64,000 nt of DNA from Octopus sinensis (Eukaryota): assembly GCF_006345805.1 (NCBI RefSeq), contig NC_042997.1, positions 159,836,001 through 159,900,000 on the forward strand, written 5' to 3'. Shown here piece by piece: positions 39,291-50,374 of the stretch. How positions within the stretch are numbered: the stretch's first letter is position 1; each line of letters begins with the position of its first letter. The translations under genes were made by a program, and so were the position numbers. The notes under the pieces are model-generated. The model made no database searches. It was not told the origin of the DNA and worked only from the letters and a program-made list of their open reading frames with translations.

Positions 39291-41369
39291 CAACGAAAAA
39301 TTATAAAAAAGTAAATGAAGGTAAATTTTAAAGAAAATGGGTGTATGGAAAATTAAAAAAATTTTTTTTTTAATATATATAAGGGAGCTCTGTGGTCCTT
39401 ATGGACACGGAGTTTTATAAACACCTAGTGCTTTCCATGCTAAACAACAATACTTTCTATGAGGTTAGTAACAACTATAAATAACAAAAAATAATCAAAA
39501 ACCTCACCACCCCCATACTCCAACACGGCCAAGGACTCACAGAAAAAGAAAGGGATTATATCACCAATTTCAAATGCAAGCCTAGGCTTTTTTATGGCCT
39601 TCCTAAAGTCCATAAAAACAAATACCTCACCGAATCCTTCAAATTCTCCTCTGACACCCACATCAACATCAAGGCACCGGAGGACCTAAAACTAAGGCCT
39701 ATCGTGGCTGGCACCTCCTGTGAAACACACCGCTTGAGTAATTTCCTAGACATCCTTTTGAAACCTTTCCTTACTCACATCAAAAGTTTCATTAGGGATG
39801 ATCTGAACATGCTCAAACACCTCCCGAAAACAGTTAGCGAGGAGGCGCTTCTGGTGTCCTTTGATGTCATCAACCTCTACACTAACATCCCACATGAATA
39901 TGGTATTGAGGAAATTGATTTCTGGCTAGAAAAACACACAGAGGCATCCCCTGCCCGCATTCATATGACCTTCTTTACGGAATCACCCATGTTCATTCTG
40001 ACAAACAATTATTTCCTCTTCGATAACACACACTACCGTCAAAAATGTGGTATTGCAAAAGGTATCAATGCTGTACCAGTCCTTGTGAACCTCGTAATAA
40101 GCTTCTTCGAACTATCACTCTATGAGATATCACGCCAGAAATTTGGACACGTTTTCCACATCTACCTAATGGAAAACTGGAAAAGGTATTTGGATGATTG
40201 TTTCATCATATGGAAAGAATCTTATGAAAAGCTTATGGAATTCAAAACCATACTGAGCAACATACATCCCCACGTCCAATTCAGTATGGAATTCAGCAAA
40301 CATCATTTCCCTTTCCTTGATCTCCTAATTATAAAAACACCTAAGAACCAAATCATAATAGACATCTACCACAAACCTACAGACTCACAACAATACCTCC
40401 TCTTTAGCTCATGCCAACCAAAACACACCAAGATAAATATCCCTTTCAACTTAGCTAAAATGGTATGCACCATTGTCTCGGATCCAAAAACTGGAGAAAT
40501 ACGCATTCAAGACCTCAAAAATAAAACACTATTACAACTCCAATATCGCTCCACCCTTAAAGAGTATGGAATAAAACGTGCCAAAGAAATAGACAACTGA
40601 AAACCACCCAATCCAACAACACACACAACCTCAAAATACTTCCATACATTTCCACCCACACCCCCAGAAATATCGAAGCTTGCACCACAATCATACAAAA
40701 CCTCACTCTACTGTCTACAGACCCAAAAATGAAAAACATTATAAATACACACAAAATCCTCAAATGTGAATGGCCACATAAATCATTGAAAAAGCTCTTG
40801 ACAAATGCCAAACTTCACACACCACATCCACCCCCATCAGTTAAAAAATGTGCACGCCCAAACTGTGGCACCAGTCCATTCCTACTTGAAGGCTCTGAAT
40901 TTTTCTTCAAACAAGGAACAAAGTTTCAAATCAAGACCAACTTCTCCTGTTCCTCCGAGAACCTCATCTACGTTCTCACATGCGCCGGTTGCCAAAATAA
41001 TTATGTTGGACAAACGAGCCTCCGTTTACGTAAAAGAGTAGCGGTCCATAAAAAACAAATATCTCTCCCAGAATACCATAAAATTCCACTAAGTAGCCAC
41101 TTAGACTCGTGCGCTAAAGACAAAAATCCCAAATTTTACATATTACCCTTCTACCAATGTAAAGACGGAATCACTACACAAGAAAGAATTAACAAGGAGA
41201 ATCTTTTTATTGATAAATTCAAAACGCATCTTAATATGCAAACTCCATGATAATCATACTTCCTTTTTCTACCTCATTCTTCACGGATGGACTAATGGAA
41301 ATATATAAGGATATCATGCAGTTATAACTTCAAGCTAAAACTTATATACTTTATTTATCATCATCATCA

Positions 41370-41431
<62 letters not shown>

Positions 41432-42152
41432 GTATATGACATAAGAATCTGAAATGAAATTATAAATTAATTTATGTAAATTTATATAATTAGAAAACAA
41501 TATAAATAAAGTGTTAAAATCTGAATGTTAAGTTAGCAAACAATTATATAAAAAAAGATAATTATATAAAGATTATTATATTTTATTATATTAAAGATAA
41601 TTATATAAAAACAATTATATAAAAAATGATAATTTTATAATTTAAGGTCTTTTAACATCCTATCTTATAAAAAATTGATAATCCCAATTGAAGAGCATAA
41701 AAATCTACAGAGTTGTCTCCCCTTACTCACAGGAACTGGATAACTCCTACCCCATTTCCTGCTTTGACATGCATTTAAGAAACATCCTAAATTAAACACC
41801 ACACGGATTTAATCATATGGATCTTAATCCTCCAAGGTAATTTTTCCAAGAACTATCATTGAACTCCAGATACACAAAGACTACAATGTAACGGTGTACC
41901 TATTTTTTAATTTTTGTATATGTTTATTATTTTTTTGCAAAAAACAATGTAATTTTCTTTTTTCCCCCTCCTTAATTATAAGAAAAAAACTTCTTCACAC
42001 CTTACAATTCTTGAAAAGTCGCATTGCGACGAAAACCGATTTGATTCAATATATATTTAAAAATTTTTTTTTTCAAATTATCCATAAACCCATTTTCATT
42101 AAAATTTACATTCAATTTAGCATTCTGCTTTTTTATAATTTTTCGTTGCCTA
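39287..42152 (+). mobile_element. Neptune-like PLE (RT 39704-40600, Cys linker plus GIY-YIG 40729-41250) with 5' inverted copy of its 3' end
   Basis: FDVINLYTNIPH, WKRYLDDCF, CARPNCGTS, IYVLTCAGCQNNYVGQT. 39287-39370 is the reverse complement of 42061-42152. Confidence 0.9.
42006..42047 (+). ncRNA. Degenerate hammerhead, U3-A8 variant
   Basis: AATTC|TTGAAAA|GTCGC att GCGAC|GAAA accgat TT|GATT. Stem II is a perfect 5 bp; stems I and III are eroded. Confidence 0.55.
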
Positions 42153-42214
42153 TCATTTCTCCACGTGCGGTCAACACAACCCCACCATTTAATTGATATA
42201 TATATATATATATA

Positions 42215-42913
42215 CGGCTGGCTGGATGGATTCTTAGAACCTTTAGAACAAGAGAACAAGAAACCATGATGGTCCTCTGGAAGACACTTGTCCTAAGCCA
42301 CTTTGACTATTGCTCTCAGCTATGGTCACCATCCAGTGTCAAGTTGATCACAGAACTTGAGGCGATCCAAAGAAGCTACACAAAGAAGATAGCCTCTGTG
42401 CAGCATACGAGCTACTGGGAGAGACTCAAGAGATTAAAGCTCTATTCCCTGGAGCGTAGGCGAGAAAGATATGCCATAATATATATCTGGAAGATCCTGG
42501 AAGGTCTTGTCCCAGACTTTGGCATCGAGAGTCACACAAACGCCAGAACCGGACGCCACTGCGTAGTACCAAGGACTCCAAATTTGCCATCAAGGTGTAC
42601 GACAAGATATTGTGATAGCCTGGGCTTCAGAGGCCCACGGCTCTTCAATGTCCTCCCGAAGAACCTGAGGGACCTGCATGGTGTAGATGCGGATGTCTTT
42701 AAAGTAGGACTGGATCTCTTCCTGTCAGGTGTCCCGGATGAACCAACTTCACGGCAGGAGGTGCAGATGAGGGCAGCTGCATCGAGCTCTCTCATGCATC
42801 AGATGGCGTTTGCTAAAAAGCATCCGTGAGGTAAACCCGTGTAGCAAACCAAATGGCGGTGCCCCAGCATGGCCACAGCTCATTAGCTGAAACTGGAAAA
42901 ATCAAAAATCAAA

Positions 42914-42915
<2 letters not shown>
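42215..42915 (+). mobile_element. 5'-truncated CR1/L2-group LINE 3' end with intact ORF fragment (42266-42829)
   Basis: HFDYCSQLWSP..SYWERLKRLKLYSLERRRER. 3' stem-loop CAGCT catt AGCTG and (ATCAAAA)n tail. Confidence 0.9.
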
Positions 42916-42938
<23 letters not shown>

Positions 42939-42947
<9 letters not shown>

Positions 42948-43679
42948 TAAAAGGAATTCCAACCTTGAAATCGAGAGGAAAATCAGAGAAAAGAATTTTA
43001 TTGATAAATTCGAACCCAAGTTAAATAAACAATAATAATAATAATACTTAGAGGTACTACTTCTACTGCTACGACCATGACCACTAACAACAACAACAAT
43101 ACTAAAGGTGATCAAGATGAAGATAGCAGGAAAATTATCTTATTTAGGGTTAAAAGATCTATTGGTACCACCATCACCACTAGCAACAACAATTAAGGTA
43201 CTGACAATTGAAATATAAAAATCCCTGATTAAAGCTATTTTCAAGATTTCTAAAGATAGCCCAACAATTGCTGCCTCGGCCAGGGTTAAGATACAGGACT
43301 CTTGACATGTTCAACAAAGCGTGACGCATAAACCAATCAGCTTAAGTAATTGAGTGATGCTACACACTGATTGGTCAGAATACAGTTTGCAAAGCCTGGC
43401 AATCTGGAGCCTATACAGGTGTATTTAAGACACAGATTTAACCATCTGGCTACAGTCAAAAATTGTGAAGCATGACTGTCACCACTTCTACATGAACCTG
43501 AAGATTGCATAATTTAATGCATGAAAGTACTATTTCAATCAGAAAGAACATTTAACATTCTATTAATTTATTTTATTTTATTATATTATATTTATTATAT
43601 TATATCATTATAATATAAGATAAGATTGTAAATAAAAGGTGAAAATCAGACAAGGTTGGAATTCCTTTTATTAATATAT
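42939..43679 (+). mobile_element. Short 5'-truncated PLE: 29-bp terminal IR, endonuclease C-terminus, pLTR with hammerhead
   Basis: IREKNFIDKFEPKLNKQ*. 42939-42967 is the reverse complement of 43651-43679. Confidence 0.7.
43493..43537 (+). ncRNA. Minimal type I hammerhead (canonical core)
   Basis: TGAAC|CTGAAGA|tTGCAT aattta ATGCAt|GAAA GTAC TA|TTTCA. Palindromic stem III; core-adjacent mismatches. Confidence 0.6.
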
Positions 43680-43718
43680 TCTTCACGCACACAATCACGC
43701 ACACTCGTATATATATAT

Positions 43719-43770
<52 letters not shown>

Positions 43771-43781
43771 TATATATATAT

Positions 43782-46355
43782 ATATGTATAAGGGTGAAAA
43801 GGAACACACGAGTTGATATATATGAAAAAACAAGTAAAAAATAGAAAATGCTAAAATAATTTTATAGTGAACATTTCAGTACCGGTTTCGGTCATTTTGA
43901 GACCTTTTCAACTGTAACGATTAAATAATTAAATTTAGAAAAATTAGAAGAAAAGTTTTTTAAAAGAATATTTCTATAGTAGTGTTCAGATTTAAGTGGC
44001 ATTCTGCCTTTCTCTGACTCCCTTGTTTGCACTTGTGTGTTCGAGGTAGTTGTGAGCTCTTGGTAGGGTAGTAGAGAGAAGGCTGGTGAGGAAAGGGGGG
44101 GTGGGAGAATCTGGGAGTGCCCTGATGGTCGTATTTTGAATGGTCAGTGGCGGCTGGCAGTCTCAGTTCAATTCAGGAGAATATTTATATTGACAGGCTT
44201 CTTTATAGAATTAGCGTAGGTGTTATACTAAAAAACATTAGTGACAAACTTAAGGGGTAGGGGTGGAGAAGAAGAAGAAGAAGAAGAAGAAGAAGGAGAA
44301 GGAGAAGGAGAAGATGACGATGATGGTGATGGTGGTGATGATTATGACGACGATGATGATGATGATAACGATGATGATGAAGAAGAAGAAGAAGAAGAAG
44401 GAGGAGAAGGAGAAGATGGTGGTGATGATGGTGGCGATGATGATGATGCCGATGATGATGATAACGATGATGATGAAGAAGAAGAGGAAGAAGAAGAAGA
44501 AGAAAAAACAGAGAAGGGAGAATATGAATGTAAATATAGCTATGAAGGGGCTGATTAGTAATGGATTCTATTGAGTGTAGTATTTGTGTGTGTATATATA
44601 TTTTTTTCTTTTATTCTAAAGTTGAGGTATATTAATTGTTTGTCGTAGACCCGTTAAGAAGTGGCTTGTATTTTGTAATAAAGAGATTTTCTTTACTTAT
44701 TCGTTGTCTCGAGGTTGTATCGTCCCTAAATTGGTAGAGGGGGAAAATTCTGAAGTTTGGTGTTTTTTTGTTGGCGCAAGTATCTATGTGTTGGCTAAAA
44801 GCTATTTTTCTGTTTTGGGGAATTTTTATCTGGGATCTGTGCAGGGCCATTCGTTTACGCAAACCATTTTTTGTTTGGCCTATGTACTGCTCTTGACACC
44901 CGGAGCAGGTTAGTGAGTATATTAGGTTCTCCGAAGCACATGTGAAGTTGCTTTTCACTGTAAAACGTTGTCCCTGTTTGAAGGAGAACTCAGAACCCTC
45001 GATTAGATAGTCGCATATCCCGCAATTGGGTCTTCCACATTTTTTTACTGTCGGCTTCTGTGTTGAAGAGTGAATTCGGGCTTGTGTAAGGAGACTTTTC
45101 ATGGATCTAGGCTGTCTTTTGCTTTTTATGATCGTGTGTGTTTGGAGGATTGTGTTCATTCTGTGGTCTTTTTTTAGGAGGGGTATGTTGTGGATGATGG
45201 TGTCGAAGGCTTCGTTATTGAGAGGGTTGTGTGTGGAGATGTATGGTAAGGCTTTTGGTTGTAAGTTTTTCTTTGATTTGGGATGTCTCAGTTCCTTGAT
45301 GTTAGTTGAAGGGCACGTTGAATGCATTTGTCAATAAGTGAAGGTGGATAGTTCCTGGTGATTAGGGTATCTTTTAGTTCTTGTAGTCGTGTGTCTCTGG
45401 TGTTTGCGTTAGAGACTATAGTGCATATCCTTTTTGCTAGATTGAAGGGGATATTCATCCTGGTGTGTCTGGGGTGGCATGAATTGAATGGAAGATATTG
45501 CTTAGAGTCTGTAGGCTTATAGTATATGTCTGTTTCTATTATATTATTAGCTTTCTTAATGAGGATATCGAGGAAGGGGAGTTGTTGTTGGCTATATTCC
45601 ATCGTGAATTGGATGTTTACGTCCAGTCCGTTTAAAATTTTCTGGAATTCTATGAGTTTTTCTATATTTTTATGCCAAAGGATGAAACAGTCATCTAGAT
45701 ATCTCTTCCAGTTGTTTTCTATGTAGATGGAGAAAGGGCTGCCATATCTTTCTAGAACCTTACGATACAGACTGATCTCTAGGTATCCTATGACTAGGTT
45801 GGCAAAGGAGGGGGCCATTCGTGTACCCATCGCAGTCCCCGATTTTTGTCGGTAGAAGTTGTCATTGAAGGCGAAGAAGTTATTTTCCAGGATGAATTTA
45901 ACCCCTTCTATCACAAATTCTTTTTTGATGCGGTGTGGTAGTTCGTTGGCGTGATTCTCTAGCCAGAATTGGATTGCCTCTAGTCCTAGGTTGTGGGGGA
46001 TATTGGAGTAGAGGTTGACTACATCGAAGGATACCAGTATGGTGTTTTTGTTTATAGTATTCGGTAGGTGATTGAGCATATCTAAGTCGTCCCTTATATA
46101 GCTTTTGACATGTTTGAGGAGTGGTTTTAACAGGGTGTCTAAAAAGTTACTGAGGCGGTGGGTTTCGCATGCGGACCTGCTATTATGGGTCTCAATTTGA
46201 GGTCATTAGGATTAGGGACTTTAATTATTTTGTCTGTAGCTATCTTGCATGCGTTGCTTATTTTTTCACTTTTGTGGATCTTAGGTATACCGTAGAGTTG
46301 GCTAGTTTTACTTGTGAAATTGGTCATATAATCATATTCTTTGTCGGTTAGCCCT
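43782..46355 (-). mobile_element. Neptune-like PLE copy A: inverted 5'-truncated copy (RT 3' part, GIY-YIG, 3' UTR/pLTR)
   Basis: ORFs 45288-46079 (RYLDDCF) and 44632-45327 (CGRPNCGIC, IYSLTCSGCQEQYIGQT). Reverse complement of copies B/C. Confidence 0.95.
43877..43914 (-). ncRNA. Minimal type I hammerhead, U3-A8 variant (copy A)
   Basis: CAG|TTGAAAA|GGTC tcaaaat GACC|GAAA CCGG TA|CTG. Confidence 0.8.
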
Positions 46356-49300
46356 AAAGCGGATATATACGAAAAATGGCTCAACCGGACCCCGTTAATC
46401 CTCCCACGTAAATTCCAGTTCAAAGCTATTACAGAAGAACCTGAAACACAAAGACACCTCAGGGAGAGAATGGCACTGGAAAAAATGAAAATGGAAATAG
46501 AACTTCTGAAATTGAGAGCCCAAACGAATGAGGATAAAATAAAATCCACCGATGAAGATATCAACGAAGAAATTCGCAAAATGACCCAAGGCCCAGATCA
46601 AGAGAAGTTCTCAAAACTATGGAAAGAGGACTGTGAAAAAGAAGAACTAAAATCTCTCCAACGCTGGGAGAAAAGCGCCACTTGGTTCTCAGACTATGAA
46701 GCCGTCTTTCAAACAGAGCACGCCTCCAACAACCCTTTCCAGAAAATAAAAAACCAAAACAACACCCAAACACCGATACACACCTCTCTAAAAATCGGAA
46801 CCTTCACTACTATCAAAAAAAGAATACAGGACCTAACCCTAACTCTGTAAGCAGCCAGCGATACAATATCAGGAATACCCCCACTTCAAGCAGAGAAAGG
46901 ATAAATCAACACCCACAGCATAGACACTGCAACCTCATCCCCACCCAAGGAGTTACCAACGAAATCTTCGTCCCATTAACCGGTTAAACAACCATGCACA
47001 ACAAACCCACACCACTTGCAATGATTACCAAGGAAGGCCTCCTAGAACACCACACCCGAATATGGGATATCGGGATGCTCTCCTCAATACTGCTCCAAGA
47101 ACACACACCATAAATCACAACAGGAGACCCCTAATCAACAAAGAACAACTATATACTAGCTACCGTCCCAACCACCGCATTCATTTTTTAGACCCAATAC
47201 GCAAACACAGAGACACAAGATAGCACCAAACAAGCAGGAGAGGAACCAAGTAATAAAAATATTAATCTAACTCACAAGGAACTAACAGCAAACCAATAAA
47301 CATACTTTCCAAAGGACTCAAGTTTACACCCACCCCACAACACCCCAACTACAATGAAATGAAAGAAGACATCGCAGAATTCTGAGAAAAATAAGAGAAA
47401 ATTACTACTGAGGAGCTATACGATACGATACAACACGAGGACGAATCGTTAGCCAGAAATAGGAGTAACTACACCCCCCCTCGAAAGTAAGAATAAAACA
47501 CTTGATGATTTCTGTGACCACATATCAATTACCCATATCAACATATGCACAAACAAAAACACAAACCAAACTTCAGCAAAAAGAATGGGCTGAGTTGAAC
47601 AAATTAAAACTAGATAAAACAATAACAATCAAAGAGGCCGATAAAGGGAGTGCTGTTGTCTTAATGGATACGACATTTTACATAACTTTGGTACTTTCTA
47701 TGCTGGAAGACACAACATACTATGAAAAGGCACAAAACTACAGTCAACAAAAAATAATGAGGGAACTAAAATCCATATTAAACCCATACAAAGCAGGGCT
47801 AACCGACAAAGAATATGATTATATGACCAATTTCACAAGTAAAACTAGCCAATTCTACGGTATACCTAAGATCCACAAAAGTGAAAAAATAAGCAACGCA
47901 TGCAAGATAGCTACAGACAAAATAATTAAAGTCCCTAATCCTAATGACCTCAAATTGAGACCCATAATAGCAGGTCCCGCATGCGAAACCCACCGCCTCA
48001 GTAACTTTTTAGACACCCTGTTAAAACCACTCCTCAAACATGTCAAAAGCTATATAGGGACGACTTAGATATGCTCAATCACCTACCGAATACTATAAAC
48101 AAAAACACCATACTGGTATCCTTCGATGTAGTCAACCTCTACTCCAATATCCCCCACAACCTAGGACTAGAGGCAATCCAATTCTGGCTAGAGAATCACG
48201 CCAACGAACTACCACACCGCATCAAAAAAGAATTTGTGATAGAAGGGGTTAAATTCATCCTGGAAAATAACTTCTTCGCCTTCAATGACAACTTCTACCG
48301 ACAAAAATCGGGGACTGCGATGGGTACACGAATGGCCCCCTCCTTTGCCAACCTAGTCATAGGATACCTAGAGATCAGTCTGTATCGTAAGGTTCTAGAA
48401 AGATATGGCAGCCCTTTCTCCATCTACATAGAAAACAACTGGAAGAGATATCTAGATGACTGTTTCATCCTTTGGCATAAAAATATAGAAAAACTCATAG
48501 AATTCCAGAAAATTTTAAACGGACTGGACGTAAACATCCATTCACGATGGAATATAGCCAACACAACTCCCCTTCCTCGATATCCTCATTAAGAAAGCTA
48601 ATAATATAATAGAAACAGACATATACTATAAGCCTACAGACTCTAAGCAATATCTTCCATTCAATTCATGCCACCCCAGACACACCAGGATGAATATCCC
48701 CTTCAATCTAGCAAAAAGATATGCACTATAGTCTCTAACGCGCAAACACCAGAGACACACGACTACAAGACTAAAAGATACCCTAATCACCAGGAACTAT
48801 CCACCTTCACTTATTGACAAATGCATTCAACGTGCCCTTCAACTTAACATCAAGGAACTGAGACATCCCAAATCAAAGAAAAACTTACAACCAAAAGCCT
48901 TACCATACATCTCCACACACAACCCTCTCAATAACGAAGCCTTCGACACCATCATCCACAACATACCCCTCCTAAAAAAAGACCACAGAATGAACACAAT
49001 CCTCCAAACACACACGATCATAAAAAGCAAAAGACAGCCTAGATCCATGAAAAGTCTCCTTACACAAGCCCGAATTCACTCTTCAACACAGAAGCCGACA
49101 GTAAAAAAATGTGGAAGACCCAATTGCGGGATATGCGACTATCTAATCGAGGGTTCTGAGTTCTCCTTCAAACAGGGACAACGTTTTACAGTGAAAAGCA
49201 ACTTCACATGTGCTTCGGAGAACCTAATATACTCACTAACCTGCTCCGGGTGTCAAGAGCAGTACATAGGCCAAACAAAAAATGGTTTGCGTAAACGAAT

Positions 49301-49642
49301 GGCCTGCACAGATCCCATATAAAAATTCCCCAAAACAGAAAAATAGCTTTTAGCCAACACATAGATACTTGCGCCAACAAAAAAAAACCAAACTTCAGAA
49401 TTTTCCCCCTCTACAACAATTTAGGGACGATACAACCTCGAGACAACGAATAAGTAAAGAAAATCTCTTATTACAAAATACAAGCCACTTCTTAACGGGT
49501 CTACGACAAACAATTAATATACCTCAACTTTAGAATAAAAAAAAAATATATATACACACACAAATACTACACTCAATAGAATCCATTACTAATCAGCCCC
49601 TTCATAGCTATATTTACATTCATATTCTCCCTTCTCTGTTTT

Positions 49643-49675
<33 letters not shown>

Positions 49676-50374
49676 TTCATCATCATCGTTATCATCATCA
49701 TCATCGCATCATCATCATCGCCACCATCATCACCACCATCTTCTCCTTCTCCTCCTTCTTCTTCTTCTTCTTCTTCATCATCATCGTTATCATCATCATC
49801 GTCGTCATAATCATCACCACCATCACCATCATCGTCATCTCTCTTCTCCTTCTCCTTCTCCTCTTCTTCTTCTTCTCTTCTTCTTCTCTCCACCCCCTAC
49901 CCCTTAAGTTTGTCACTAATGTTTTTTAGTATAACACCTACGCTAATTCTATAAAGAAGCCTGTCAATATAATATTCTCCTGAATTGAACTGAGACTGCC
50001 AGCCGCCACTGACCATTCAAAATACGACCATCAGGGCACTCCCAGATTCTCCCACCCCCCCTTTCCTCACCAGCCTTCTCTCTACTACCCTACCAAGAGC
50101 TCACAACTACCTCGAACACACAAGTGCAAACAAGGGAGTCAGAGAAGGCAGAATGCCACTTAAATCTGAACACTACTATAGAAATATTCTTTTAAAAAAA
50201 CTTTTCTTCTAATTTTTCTAAATTTAATTATTTAATCGTTACAGTTGAAAAGGTCTCAAAATGACCGAAACCGGTACTGAAATGTTCACTATAAAATTAT
50301 TTTAGCATTTTCTATTTTTTACTTGTTTTTTCATATATATCAACTCGTGTGTTCCTTTTCACCCTTATACATAT
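46356..50374 (+). mobile_element. Neptune-like PLE copy B (5'-truncated ORF, stop 49515-49517, 3' UTR/pLTR)
   Basis: ORF fragments 46341-49322. Near-identical to A and C apart from single-base indels. Confidence 0.95.
50242..50279 (+). ncRNA. Minimal type I hammerhead, U3-A8 variant (copy B pLTR)
   Basis: Identical to the copy A and C motifs. Stem I extends to 8 bp with one mismatch. Confidence 0.8.

Noticed and set aside
45288-46079. Possible selenocysteine-type or N-terminal-endonuclease (Naiad-type) PLE
   Set aside because: The endonuclease is C-terminal and the RT ORF has no in-frame TGA at YLDDC.
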